Origin: Antedon mediterranea
Taxonomy: Eukaryota; Animalia; Echinodermata
Reading direction: 5' to 3'
NCBI RefSeq assembly: GCF_964355755.1
Contig: NC_092673.1
Location: 22,069,648 to 22,133,647, forward strand
Length of the DNA stretch: 64,000 nt
Below the pieces are notes generated by a model, which ran no database searches, was not told the DNA's origin, and was given only the letters and a program-made list of their open reading frames with translations. A program made the translations under genes and the position numbers. Below are positions 15,301 to 29,127 of the stretch, one piece after another (within the stretch, counting starts at the first letter, position 1; every line of letters starts with the position of its first letter).

Positions 15301-18300
15301 AGTATTATGTTTAATTTATAAATTGAGGAAAACTTATTCACATTCAAAATGAAAAGCTGAATTAGTTAGACAATAATTTTCTACATAATTGCACGACGTT
15401 CAGCATTTTTCCTAAATAAGTACATTCATAATGACATATAGATTATATAGATTATACATGGTAATAATCAAATATTTGTATTTACATATTTGATTTAAAT
15501 TTGCTGCATAAACAAACAAAAACCAGATAGTGTTTTGATATAATATATTCAAGAGGATTCTGTAGGTTGATAATAGGGAGTATGCCTAGTTTTGGTGTTT
15601 AACTAACTACGTGACCGCATGCTGCTTGCTTGTTTTTTAAATTAATTCCAGATTGACATAAGACATGCAAAATCTACACCTGTTACACTGAATCACAGAG
15701 GATGTTGATTTATTCAGAAATTGGAGCACATCAGTTCATTAAAGATACATTGCAAGAGTTGGAATCTAAGGATCGTCAGCAATTCTAGAAACCTTCAGAA
15801 GAGGGAGCTATTTACAAATTTAGCTTCATCAAAGTGGTCTTTTTTTTAGGGGGGGGGGGGGGGGAAGTTGTTTAAAGCTTTTTCTCATAAATTTGTTGTC
15901 AATGAGATGATTGGATTTTGAAAACTCAACATTTACTAGAAAGTTATACAAACTATATAAAATTTACAGTTTCAGTTTTCTATTTTTACATGCATTTATC
16001 CCATTTTGTACATTTTTCTTAGTAGGCCTAGTAGATGAATATGTCAGGAATTTATTGCAAAGATTTGTATCCAAAATCACTTTTCAACTAAAAATACAAC
16101 ACAAATGTATTACCTGGTGTTTTGTAGTTAAGTGTATCTGTGGGCAAACTACTCAGAATTTGACCTTCGACCCTGTTTAGTTGTTGATCCAACATGTCTT
16201 TTTTTATGGCACTAAGATTAACGTACTGATCAATCCCAATTAAGACAAATGGAGACCAGAAAACATGATCTTTAAATCTGAAATTGAAATTAAAAATTAC
16301 CGTATTTATATTTGATTAAATGTGAAAGCTGAAGAAACTGAGTGTATTTAAAAAAGTGAGAAAAAAAATGAAAATGTATACCTTTCATCTTTTTTAATTG
16401 ACATTTTTGCATACGCAACAGCTTTAGACAGATAGCTTCCATTCTGCAATGCTGAGTAAAAATGATACCAAAACTTTTGTAACACAGCATCAGGAGTTGC
16501 CCATAGCAACAAAAGAAAGCACTTAGCACCGGCAGCAAGAAAAGCACATGGTAGTGAAAGATCAACATTTCGGTGGTGGTTTCCATAACACCCGCTAATC
16601 ACAACCAATTGTGCTCTGAGATCGAGGGCTGAAATGTCATCTGTACTCAGCTGGTACGACTCTTCTGGATAAACTCCATCTGCACTAGAGAAGCTAGTCT
16701 CATCGCAAGCACAGGCTAGAACTCCTTTCTTCCAACAACCGGGTAGAGCTGTAAAATGATCATTAAACTGATATTTTAACTAATGAAAGCTTTCCAAATA
16801 CATTTTAAATATAAGAAGATATTTTATGATGGAAAATGTAAAGGATTCAACAGTGAAGACTGTTATATTGCTGGAAAAAAATCAACAATATTGATTATTT
16901 AAGTGAATTCTCTAGCAGCAACTCTTGCCTGGGTAGCAGATGATAAACATGAGAGAAAAACAAATATGCTATTATCAATGCGATCAATGTGGGTAAATTA
17001 AAGTGTAAATTCAATACATCATGCTGTTTTGAGAATATAAAAATGTCTTCAATCATTTTAATACAGTTAAACCAAGTCTTACCCAGGTGTATAAGTGTAG
17101 CATTAGGGATCTCCTTGATCGTCATTTGTTTTGAAGCATATTTTGCAACAATGGCCTCTGTTCCCAGATATTCTGCCACATCATGGCATTCTCTGTGCGC
17201 TGTTTGGTACTCCGAAGGTGGCACCCAATCCTTAAATTCATATTTGAAATAATTATTTGCTATTACATCGGATATTTATATTTTAGAGCTCAAAATGAAA
17301 TGACTATAAATTTACCTAAAAATATGCTAAAATTTGTCCTGGTGCCTTCTTAACTACAATAAAAATAGATTGGATATTTCATAGCCATTAGTCTTGACTA
17401 TTTAACTTTCTATTGACTATGGATAGTTCTATTCATATGTATGGTAGAGTATTATTAGTAAAATATTAATGGAAATAGAAAATGTAATTATTAACATAAT
17501 GTAATTATTAACATATTGTAATTAGAAATACTCTTTTCGATAACTTTCAGGAATTGCTAATACCTTTCCATTTAGCCTTGCTTTATCCGGAAGATGAGGA
17601 CTGCCTATGACCACCGACAAATTTGCACCACATGTCTGCTGATATTCCTCAATGGTGTTAGTTCCTACCGATGGAACCTCTTTTCCACACCATGTGGAGG
17701 TGATAAGAGTGCTTGATTTCTCTGTATTTTGTTGTAGTTTTCTTAATTCGAATTGGCAAACTTCATCTTTTTCTACTTTTACTACATCGAAGTGATTTCT
17801 ACCAAAACTAACATACTTCGGATTGTTGCACTTCTGTTGAGACATCTTTGGAGCAACATTGACAGTTTCAGAAAAAGGAGCAAACGGACGATCTTTGGGT
17901 GGCACAACTACACTCAAACTGTCGTCAAGATATATTGGATCTGAAGAAGTATTCCTGGAATCTGTTGATTCTAGACATGATTGTTCTTTAGCTGCTTTTA
18001 GCAGGATGTTCTTGCTGAGGTATTCTAAAACTTTTAGACTTGGCGCCATTGTTAAACGATATATTTCACCAATACAAACACCATTCACATCTTCTAAAGA
18101 ATCAAAAGGTACTTGGAACAAGTTCTTGTCCGGAATGATTGTCAATTTGTGACATTTTTTTATCTCGGACAACACTGGAAACACCAGCAAGTCATACAAT
18201 ATTCTTGTTGGCTTTTCTTTTTCCATGAACTTACTATCCTCTGGAGTTTTTTGCATCATACCATCATCTGTTGTGTTTCTTGTTGACCGTCGATTATAAT

Positions 18301-21300
18301 TCTTCTGAAGAAAATGAGTCTCTGAATCTTCAAGCGGTAGAGCTCTGTATTCTACCTCATACATCTGACTTCGTAGGCTTGGAAGAGTATGCAAGTTATC
18401 AAGAGCTTTATCTAGTTGATTCCATATGACTGAATCTGTCAATTCGATACGTTCTGTTCTTACACATCCTTTACCAGGTTTCAACACAAATATGATAATG
18501 AAATCATTAGTCATTGTATAAAAGAGCACAGTGGAATCCTGCATATCTAGGATCTTATTCACTTGTTTTGTGGTTGGTAATGAAGAATTTTTCTTTACTT
18601 TTTGCTTAACATAAGCATCAAACATCTGTGACTTTTCCATTTCAGCAAACACCAATGCATCATCTGGCCGAGATAGCTTTTGCAACACAATTTGCAAAAG
18701 ATCAAATGCCATTAGTCGTGTATTTTGAATGGAATCTGGAATGGCTATGCAGTCAGTATTATACATTTTTAAGAGAACTGTATTGTCAAAAATGCAAGTT
18801 TCCAGTAATACTTTTGCTCTCTTAAAGTCTTTGTGATCTTCAGTTTTGACAAGTATGCTGGCTATTTGACATCTGCACATGTTTTGTAACAATCTACTTT
18901 CAATCTTGTCTGCTAAATTTAATGATTGTTCATAGAAGTGGAGGGCATGTTGAAAATTACAATAGGATTTGTGAAGATCTCCTATCCGCAGTAATGCTCT
19001 AACTTCTGTTTCAAACTCATCAAGTCTACGAGACATACGAAGATAACTTTGGAAATGTTTTAATGCTTTTTCAAATTCACTTGTATTATCTGATATTTCA
19101 CCAAGATGAAGAAAGGCACTAGCTTGTGATTCATAATCTTTAAGTTTCTCTGAGATGCGACACTGTTGCTCCAAGTATGATTCTGCTAATTTGTGATTGT
19201 GTAATGTTTTGTAAACAACTCCAATAAATCCATAGGCAGTTGCCATTCCAGCACGGTCATGAAGTTTCTTACATGTTGCCATGTAAGCTTCGTAATGATT
19301 TAATGCCAATGTGTAGGCCCGAGTTTTAAAATATAAATTAGCAACTAGGAGATGCGCTTTCTGCAATCTGACACTATCACTTTCACAAAGTGCAAGATTT
19401 AACATAGCTTTTGCATGAATCAAAGCTTGTCTATGTTCACCAAGACCAGAATATGCTGCACAAACTGTCTCATAAATATTCATAACATTACTGCTTTTAT
19501 GCAAATCCAATTCTAAAACTGAATCCCTAACACCTTCCAAGTCTTCAATGGCTGCTAGCAATTTTACAAAATTTACCAAAAACTCTTGAATGTAACCATT
19601 ATTGTAGTAAATCTGTCCCAATGTGTAATAACATGCTGCTTCAAATTCGGGATTCTTTTCCTGGAGGCACAACACCAGACATTTTTGGAGATACTCTACA
19701 GCCAGGAGCGAATTCTTAAGATATTCATAACTTTGGCCAATGTAATAGAGTGAGAGTAACTTATTCTGAACATCTTGTGATCTATTGTTAGCCACAAGCA
19801 AGACATCAATACTGACACTGTACTCATTTGATTTTTGTAAATGTCGACCAACTAAGAGAAGCTGTTCAGTAACACTCATTTCTGTATTAACGACAAAAAG
19901 ATAAATATAGTTCACTGTAGCTGGCTCACCATTCCCTAATTTGTGGAAAATACAATGCAAAACATAATGGTAAGTTCAGAACTTTGTTTTATAATGCTTA
20001 AGTCTTATTCCACCATCCCCTATTTAAAAAATCTTTAATCAGTCACTAAATTCATCAAATGACATTTATAAATGTTTATAAATCAAAATATAATAATTTA
20101 TTTTCTGTATTAGACAATTATTAATCCTTTAAAATAAAATAGAAATATTTACATAACAAATTGATACAATAAAAAAAACTGTAAATGGATTACCATCAAT
20201 ATTTGACAGGGCATCCTCTGAAAGTGTGCATATGTTTGACGCCACCACCAAGATGTTGTCAGCTAGCTGTTGTTCATGCTCTTGATCTAGTTGAAGCGCC
20301 TTTAAGAATGACCGGATGGCTCTTCCAGAATCGTCAAGATGATCGTAACTGATTCCTTGTAAATAATATGCCTGTTGATGTATACAATGATAGCAGAATT
20401 TTAAATATAATTTGATTACAACACAAATCTTAACATCTCATCCGAAAGACGACGTGTTCCAACCAGCCAGTTGGAACACATGGATAGTGATCATAGGGTT
20501 CAAACCATTGTGGACCAAAGGAAACCTATGGTCTTTCACGGTTCAGCGCACAACACAGTGACTACCAGTTTAGTCGACTATGCCAAATGCTGCTTGATGG
20601 GTGTGTAAACTTAACTTAAATTTTGTACTGTTTAAAAGAAGTAAAACTTATTTTTTTCTATGCATTTCTGATTATTTATTTTATAAATCTATAGTTTAAT
20701 TTCAAGATTTATTTTATGTGAAAGGTTTTACACTTACAGCATGATCCAAAACTTACACTTTTACTCCTCTCCTTACATTTCGTTATAATAAGAAAGACTA
20801 CCTACCTGTGGTACATTAGGATTTATCTTAATTATATGATCAGCATCTTTCTTTGCTAGACCGTACTGGTTTGTCTCCATGTAAGCTGCTGCCCTACACA
20901 TCAAGATCTGTGTGTTGTCATCCTCAATCTCAAGAGCTTCACTGTAGCAACTGATGGCCTTCTTATACTTTGCCTTCTTGAAGGCTCTGTTCCCTTGCTT
21001 CAGCAGTCGACGCACCTACAGTATACCATAATATAAGTTGATAATTGAACAATAAACTTAAACAAATAAAACAAAGATGTTCAGGAAAGTAGCTAGCGAA
21101 GGGGGTGAATGTCGAAAAGTGGATGTGAACAATAAAACAATATAGTAAAGTACATATAAGGTACCCAGAGGTTTCTTGGATAGGTGTACAGTATGTTGAA
21201 ATCAAGCTGTGGTATCCTTAAGCTCAGTCTACACTATCTTTTTTTTTAGTTCAACAAAAAAAGTGTGCCCAAATATGGTAGTAGTATCATATGACGTCAT

Positions 21301-21800
21301 CGTGTCATATATGGGCACATCACATATTTTTGTGACATAAAGTTTGATAGTGTTGACAGGGCTTTAGGATGAGTAGGAGGTGGGTGTACTCTCTCCATGC
21401 TAGGTTTCTATCAAAATCTCTATATAAAGAAAACATTTAGTATGGATTTTGTTGTGAAATTATAGACTGAGAATGAAAAACAAACAGCAGCTGGTAATAC
21501 AGTTCTACAACTAAAGCCATGTACACTATCAAACTAGTTTGACAAAAATAGTGTAATGTGCCTAAATATGGTAGTGATATGCCCACATATGGTAGTGATA
21601 ATAATGACATCATTATGTCCAAATATTGGCACATTTTTGTCACATAAAGTTTGATTGTGTAGACAGAACTTTAGCATATAAGTTGAAGGCCTACATACAC
21701 TCTCTATCTCCTCAGTTTCGCTGATGGGTTCGCTATGTTCAGCTAAGCTGTGCATGCTTAGCACGCTAACCGATGGCCTGTAATCCCCGTCACTGAACAT
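6356..21800 (-). CDS. TTC28-like TPR-repeat + CHAT (caspase-fold) domain protein, 12 coding exons, ~1534 aa
   Basis: Exons 21699-21800, 20806-21015, 20194-20371, 17564-19881, 17083-17230, 16382-16748, 16114-16277, 14768-15094, 11952-12037, 8534-8691, 7648-7899, 6356-6650. All GT-AG with matching phases; total 4605 nt. TPR motifs (QGNRAFKKAKYKKAISCYSEAL; AYGFIGVVYKTL). CHAT motifs LYDLLVFPV, IIPDKNLFQVPFDSL, LVVISGC, AFLAAGA, FWSPFVLIG. Confidence 0.88.
10141..10885. mobile_element. Non-autonomous P-superfamily-like DNA transposon (MITE), 745 bp, in an intron of the TTC28-like gene
   Basis: ~40-bp near-perfect TIR (caaagaatatatatcacaagaatgagtattccgcgatttt and its reverse complement); 7-bp TSD atataac at 10134-10140 and 10886-10892. 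Confidence 0.8.
11272..11815 (+). mobile_element. Non-autonomous Helentron/HINE-like element, copy 1
   Basis: 5' tttacctccgccaaggaggt; 3' taggcggaggttctagtttt (subterminal inverted repeat ACCTCCGCC/GGCGGAGGT); internal homology to the inverted copy at 13220-13897. Confidence 0.6.
12593..12627. mobile_element. Tiny P-element-like remnant/footprint
   Basis: catagagatattat...ataatatctctacg hairpin flanked by (a/g)gttataa direct repeats. Confidence 0.5.
13220..13897 (-). mobile_element. Non-autonomous Helentron/HINE-like element, copy 2
   Basis: The minus strand begins tttacctccgccaaggaggt and ends ggcggaggtatgcactctcggagtgtctttctagtt (subTIR, 3' hairpin, ctagtt). Confidence 0.65.
13940..14415 (+). 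mobile_element. Decayed CR1-type LINE 3' fragment
   Basis: LEKLQQKATRFI...YRRKRASLIQVFKILKG (RT C-terminal region), frameshifted, ending in a short (ttcaaggtaa)n tail. Confidence 0.7.
20428..20570 (-). mobile_element. Possible tRNA-derived SINE fragment (V-domain-like)
   Basis: The minus strand has a B-box-like ggtttgaaccc followed by gtctttcggatgagatgttaa, resembling the V-SINE core. Confidence 0.35.
21219..21366. mobile_element. ~145-bp MITE family (PIF/Harbinger-like); other copies at ~21512-21673 and 48012-48156, partial copy at ~62688-62755
   Basis: Shared TIR agctc(a/t)gt(c/t)tacactatc(aaac)...(g)tttgatagtgt(a/t)gacag(a/g)gct with an internal gggcacatcac motif; TAA/TTA-like flanks. 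Confidence 0.65.
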
Positions 21801-24384
21801 AATGATATCCTGTTAATAAACCTCTTTTGTTTGTTTAATCCTATAAAGTAAAACATAACAAATTAGTTTTATCAAAACTTTGATAACAAAATGCAATCAA
21901 ATAATTTTGTCATCAGGTTTCTGTAGTCTATGTATAGTTTTCTTAGTTTTCTAGTGTTATTTGCATGAAACAAGTTGAATTGATGTACATGAATGTTAGT
22001 TTATACGCAAATCCATATTATTATTTCAATCCGCCATGCAAAGAATTGGAATTTTTATAAGCGCTTCACCAATACAACTACTAGCTAGACTACTACTATA
22101 GGCTATCAGGCACTCCTATTATGGGCCACATGCTCCTCTATATTGTATCTGACTGACTGGCTCACTAAGTGTAAGCCTATGCATGCCTGGTTAAGCCTAA
22201 CATAACAATACATGGTTAAGCCTACCGAACGTAATATATATATTTATAGGTTAGAGTTAGAAACTAAATAATACTCACTACATTTATTCAAATATCAGCG
22301 AAATAATAACATTCTCTAGACTCTGATAATATAACCGTGACTAAACATTGACAGCCTATCTATCGCATTGTGTACTTAGCAACCAACCTACCTGCAATGG
22401 CGGCCGCTTAAGCAAGTGTGCTATAGAGGGCGATTTCGCATCATCTTTTACATACATTTTTTATACACAAATTGTTGCGGTGGGATTACAAGTTATTATT
22501 CCATAAAACAAAAATATTATCTCCTCAGCTACCGAAAACATCGAACGACTGGCAAAGGTTGCTATTTGAATTTGGACGATTCGATTTTAGATTCGTCGCG
22601 ATGCGAGCAAACCGATTGTTGAAAACTCAACAAAATGTTTAAATCCAGACTACAATAGTGAGTGTAAACGGGACCTAAATGATGGGTGGGGTACCATATA
22701 GTGTAAACACGGTTTATTAAACCAATTCTAAACCAATTCTATAATTTTGGTTGATGGGTCATGGTACACCACTGAACTATAATAATAAAATGTAACTATG
22801 GCCTATATATGAGTTTGATGTGCATTTTAATTAATTTGTGTGTGGAACAACTAAAAGATATTTAACCAATTAATTTTTTACCTGACTATTTCAACTACTA
22901 TGGTAATACCGTGAATCGTCGAAAAGAAGCTTATAGTACGCTGGAAGTCCTAAAAAAAGAAGCCCGTTGGCTTTTCGGTATTACATTTCTAATAATAATT
23001 GTTATGTGTGAAAACAACTAAAAAGCAGCGATAGGAATAGAAAGTCATTATTTGATTCAACTAGAAGTATAACTTGTCTTACAGATCCATTATCCACCCA
23101 CAAAAGTAAGTAAGCCGACGTATGTATGTCAATATGCAATATACCAAAATATAGATAAGGAGATTTTGTACAAAAATGATTCTAAGTGCCTGCAGTATTT
23201 ATTTATTCAATTTTCTGCCACATACAATACAAAGAAGACAAAACAAATATAAAAGGCAAGGAAAGATCAAACAAATAAATTTAGTTGCTCTACGCTGAAC
23301 TCCCTCAGGTTGTCTTATATAAGTTTTATCATAGGAAAATGTCGTAATACAGCATCTCTTGTGTATCACATGTGGTGCCTGTATCATTTTAGGTTAGTTT
23401 ATGATATTAGGTGATAATGAAACACATGTGATGCTGTTACAATGTTTAGATAGACCACGAGGATTTCTACCAACTTTATTCAATTTTAAACATGTTAGAA
23501 AGCAAAATAGTCATATCAGTAAACGAAACTGTGAAATACCATCAATTTACATGTTTATAATCCGGGGTTTGGTGACTATAATAACCAAGCGGATTCATTT
23601 CAATTTGGGTTCAGTTAACAAGCAGAAAAGTTTAAATGGTACAAACAAAGCTTAAAATAACAATGTAATCACTTGAAAACATGTGAAAGAACGTAAACAC
23701 AAGGCAAAATACAAAAAATAGCGTTTACAATAATCAATCATAAGTCAGTTGAACGGAAGGTTTAAGTTAAGACTAAATTATATAATACAATTTGATTTGA
23801 TACAGAAGTAATTTAGGATATTTACTTTAACACAAATTATTATCAGGCCTATACATTAATTCAGTTATATAAAAAAAGAATCATTGGGAACAGTGCACAT
23901 TAGTGTAGTCTCCCTCAAAATGTTGAACCATGCAATGGAGATTTAATCGCACTCTTCTCTGATGGAAATATTCATATTTATTTATTTGTTCTGTCTTTAT
24001 GCTGAATGACACTTTCAGTGCTAAAGCATTGATTTCCAAAGTGGTTCAGTAGAGAAACATTAACAATATAATAAAAATAATTCAAAGACAACTAACAAAG
24101 TACTTTACATTAGTACACACACATTTACAAAAAGGTAACTATCTACAAAAAATACAATATATATAGATAATATTAATAATGATAACAAGATGGCCGTGTA
24201 TGTTTTGATCGAATGAAGCCTAAACGATACATTTGAGATTTTGTTTGTTTTTCAACAATATTTTAGAGGAAACCCAATCCAGACGTCAATTTTCCAATAA
24301 ACGGCAGATACGCTATTTCGTGTTTGTTTTTTTCTTTTTTGTCTGTGAAATATAAAACAAATAATGTATGTTTTATATAATATA

Positions 24385-24639
24385 CACTGAACGGCAGACA
24401 TTTTTCGAAAGCGTTAAACAATGTTGTAGCCCTCAGTACTTGATGTATTCCAATCTTTAGGGTTGTCCTTCTTTGTAGAAAAACAAACTCTTTTGAATTT
24501 GGGAGTGTACGTAGTACGATTACAAGTTACGTACAATTAAAGTTCAAGCACATTCGTTTTATACAACACAAACTTATTTTTAATTATTTGTAATTATATT
24601 CCACTATGGACGCTTTGGGAAAATGTCTGCCGTTCAGTT
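24385..24639. mobile_element. Tc1/mariner-like MITE, ~255 bp
   Basis: TIR cactgaacggcagacatttttcgaaagcgt versus acgctttgggaaaatgtctgccgttcagt; TA at the left end. Confidence 0.55.
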
Positions 24640-24816
24640 AGTACTATAAATAGTATTATTATATAATGATCATGTATTCTACTTATACATACATTAATTC
24701 CTTAACATATGTTGTTTTTAATTATCCATTTAACATAAAAACAAAAATAATATTGATTTTGTGTTTTTCAAAACGGTTATTAATATCAGAACCTCATCGC
24801 TCAGTCTAAAAGAGAA

Positions 24817-26906
24817 TCACTTTTTTGCATAGCCTCTTGTGTGTAGTTCTGATTCTGTGACTTCCTCTTTTAAGATTTGAATCAATGACTTAGTTGTTGC
24901 TATTAGCTGTCCATCAAAAATCCTTGTTTCATTTGGCTTCAACCATTCCTCCATATAATCTATAATATCAGATGCCTTCCTTTTGTCGCCATTCTTTAAA
25001 GATACCTTACTTTGTATATAAAATACAAGTGCGATTGGGTGCAAATAGATAAACCCTACTTCAGCAGTTTCGGCAAGAAGTAGCAGCTTTTTGTCAGCTT
25101 CCCATACATACTTTGTAAAGAACATGCTAGGTTGTATTATTACACCGATTTGCCTGTTCATTGCTTGCACGTCTTTTGTCGTTATACGAAAAAATAATTC
25201 ATAGTCTCTAAATAACTCTTCCAATGTATAATAATTCCCATTCTGATAATGATGTATTATTATACGGGCTAACCCACCAATTCGTTGGTCACTCCACTTG
25301 TCAGGAAAAACCATTTCAGCTCCAAGTATGTAGTATTCAATCGGCTTTTTCTTGTAAAGCTCCAATCTTTTAGCTGACACATAACCAACTGTATTCCGCA
25401 AATACATCAACAAATAATTGTATACATTACCTAAATATCTGTACAAACGCTGAATAGACATTTTCTCATACCCTTTAGGTACAACGTCTTCAATTCTACT
25501 AACTATCGGTAGTATCATTTCTTCTGGCAATCTGAGAATCTCCGAGGGGTGTCCTCTCTTTTCTATGAGTCCTTCGATAACGAAAAGTAAACTCTGAATA
25601 TCTGGTCGTACCCATTGCGCAATTTGTATATACTCATATTTGTCGTACAGAGATCCTCCTGGGAGTAATTTGGTAATAGCCTTTTCAAGCTCTACTTCAG
25701 CCCTCGGGTGATATGTGAGATTTGCTTCCAATGTTTTGTAGTCATATACTTCATTGACTCCAGGGATGTCTAGGTTTTTGCACATCGAGTTAATGGCATG
25801 GAGTTCGAACGAACCATGACCGACAGTGGACATAAAAAATTCCCAAAGATCTGGGCTGTTTAACTCTTTTAATTTTCTTTGAACCGTATCACACATTTTT
25901 CTTGGCAGATGACCAATCAAATTTTGTTTGGGAATGAAATAGTGAGGCAGAATTCTTTTTTGGTAACATTTAATGAACCAATCTAACACTTTTCTGATCA
26001 AATCGATGACGCTGTAAGATTCTGTATGTGGAAATGTTTCACACATCCACAAACAAGCTGTCTTAATAAAATAAGAACAGAATGGCGTTGGTCTGTCAGG
26101 ATAATTTAGTTCCCTTTTCTTGAGCGCCTTTAAAGCATACATGCATTTAGCAATTGGCCCACTGATTTCTTGAATGAGTTCTCTTTCAGATAAGGAAAAT
26201 GACCACCTCCATTCTACATCCTTTGATTGGCTATCAGGGTGTGCTACAGCAACAACAAGACATCCTAAACTTAAGACTTTACATAAAAGCTCTTGAGATG
26301 GCCAGTCGCTCTTCCTCTCTCTAGTGAAAAACTCATGAGTGACAGAAGGCCACGATTTGCATTTCATGCATGGGACTGTGTCTTGTTTTCCTCGTGAATG
26401 ATGTGTTTCTGAAATGAAAGTTGTTATTGATGGCCCGTGTACTTCTGTATGCCCATCACCTTTTAAAAGGCCACTATTATCTATCAAACTGCTGCATTTC
26501 AAATATCCATCGTTATCAACACTGCCTCGTAATTGATGTATTAAATTATCTTTATCAACTACCTTAAGCTTTAGAAACGCTGGTTCTTTTTTATTTTCCT
26601 CAGCCATCACATGTCCTCCTTGGTATTGGTCTCCTTCAGTTGGCGGTTGGCACAAAACAATTGGATAGTAAAAACTATAGCTTTCATGACATCAACGTCG
26701 CCACAGATTGCCCAAGGCATACCTTCATTTCCACTTCCGGTTTGATATTCAAACCATTTCCAGATACCTGTCATGGACAAACGTTCCCAACATTCCTGAT
26801 AAATTCTAGCTGTAGCGATATTAGAAAATCTCGCAGTCATGTTTAAGCCAATTATTGCATCAGCAAGTCTCTCCATTAAGCGTTGTATATTGTTATTTTC
26901 TGCCAT
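24817..26906 (-). pseudogene. cGAS-like receptor (Mab21/cGLR) copy A, frameshifted
   Basis: Paralog of 29635-31719, split into ORFs 26607-26906 and 24817-26655 by a 2-bp TA insertion at ~26676-26679, just after the GDVDVM catalytic motif. Confidence 0.85.
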
Positions 26907-27085
26907 AGTTGCACTTTATCACGAACTAGCAGACGTCTGACTAACACAGTATGTACACATCATTATCATACTTATTTGAGTTTCTTCATGGTTAGACTTT
27001 GTACCGTACAGGCTGCGAATGTTGATTTTTAAAAAAGATGAAAACAACCCTTAGAGGATAGAGAAATATATACAAATCACATATA

Positions 27086-28471
27086 TTGCCTACCATCTCA
27101 AAACTTTTCGAACGAGTCATGTATAATCACATTTGGTCCCATGTTCATTCTACCATCTCTCTCTATCAGCATGGTTTCGTTCCCAACAGGTCATGTGAAA
27201 CAAATCTTGCTTGTCTTCTGACAACTGTGTATGATGCCATCAAGGGCAGAGCACAATGTGATGTTATATATACTGACTTCTCAAAAGCTTTTGATTTGGT
27301 GCCACACAATCTTCTTATTTTTAAACTTCAACGACTTGGTTTTAATCCTCATCTTTTGTCCTGGTTCAGAAGCTATTTGGATGGTAGACGTCAACGTGTA
27401 GTTATCGATGGCGAGGCATCTGAGTGGCTTCCAGTTCATTCCGGTGTTCCTCAGGGGTCAATCCTCGGTCCCCTCCTTTTTAATTTGTATGTGAACGATA
27501 TTCCATCGCTGTTTCGCTATTCAGATTGTCTTATGTTTGCTGACGATCTAAAAATTATTAAAACTATCAACAGTTATGAAGATGCTGAAATGCTTCAGGG
27601 AGACCTTACTAAATTTAGTTCCTGGTCCACTTTGTGGGGCATGATGTTAAACTCTTCCAAGTGCAATATTTTGTCCTTTACTTTAAATAAAAATAAAATT
27701 GTTTATGTCTATTCCGTCGACGACAAACCTATTAATAAGGTGCATCAACATCGTGATCTCGGTATTATTTTAGATAGTTCCCTTACTTTTTCTTTTCATG
27801 TTGATCATCTTCTAAATAAATGCAATAAGCTGCTTGGGCTGATGTGGCGCAATGGAAAATATCTCGGTCGTTCTTCCAAAGTTTATCTATATATCACCTT
27901 AATCCAACCTAATTTAGACTTTTGTTCTGTTATTTACAATTCAATCTCCAAAACCCAAGCCTCACGTATTGACCGACTCTATTCTAGATTTTTGCGCTAC
28001 ATCAGCCACAACCACAATCAGAATAATCTTTTTAAATGTAACAATCTTTATAATTGTGATGATAAAAAAATATATCCTATATCTCCCCCTTCATTACGTA
28101 GATGTCACAATGATCTTATTTTTCTTTTTAAATGTCTTCATTCTATTTTTGACTGCAACTTTATCTCCAATTTCGGTATTCGTGTTCCCGCCCGTAATTT
28201 AAGAAACAATAGTATCCTTTGTGTTCCCTTTTGTAGAGTCAATGTTCTCAAAAGTGGTTACATCAGTAGATTAAGTTTTTATTATAATAGTTTAGTCCAG
28301 GCCCATCCCCATATTGACATTTTTAATTCCAATCTTTATCTGTTTCGTCGTAATTTAAGTGTTTCTGAGTTGTTGTAATTGTTTTGTATCTGTTAAACCA
28401 AGCTGTAAGTGGCGGATTTGTTTCTGCTGTTGTTTCTGGTTTTAAAAATAAAATAAAATAAAAAAATAAAA
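27086..28471 (+). mobile_element. 5'-truncated CR1-clade LINE with intact RT C-half (ORF 27086-28378)
   Basis: RT motifs DFSKAFDLVPH, GVPQGSILGP, FADDLK; 3' hairpin gcggatttgtttctgc and (AAAAT)n tail; TSD atata (27081-27085, 28472-28476). The empty site is visible in copy B near 31894-31898. Confidence 0.93.
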
Positions 28472-29127
28472 ATATAGGTGATCTGTATTGCAGGTGTACG
28501 GTACATATACTAACGTTAGTTCCGACTGTTGTCACGCTATAGGTCAATGTTTAGGCCTATCATGAGTGTGTTCACTTGATAATCCCGTCTACTTCTTAAA
28601 ATGTTATTTAGGTCTACTTTGTGACCAGTTTATCTTATATCATTTGATGAAATACAATGAAATGTAATTGGACGCTCATGTTTGCTTTACTGTCTAATAG
28701 ACCTAAAAGAACTTCGACAAAGTTATATAGCTTATTCCTCGAATACACCACGTTTCAGTTCTTCATAATTTTTTTAAAAGATATTACAATTAGTTTCCTA
28801 ATTGTAAAATACACAATCAATAAACAGCCAAATGGCACCTTAACGACTAAAACGCTACCGAAACTAAAGGGAGAAGCGTCATCTGATATTTTTGACTCAA
28901 CTGGGGAAGAGTGCTCACTCTTCCCTGGTTTAATATGCCATGAATACTTTAAATACGGTTCACCAACTCCTTGTAAGGCTATTGTAACTCATCAGGCTAA
29001 ACAAAGTTTGATACTGTACTACTCTTGTTGTTTTTTATCTTTCATTTTATAAATAGCACACACGTGACTATACCAATCTAAAGTTAGCATAATTATCTTT
29101 TTTTTTACTCATTGATTACATTTAAAA

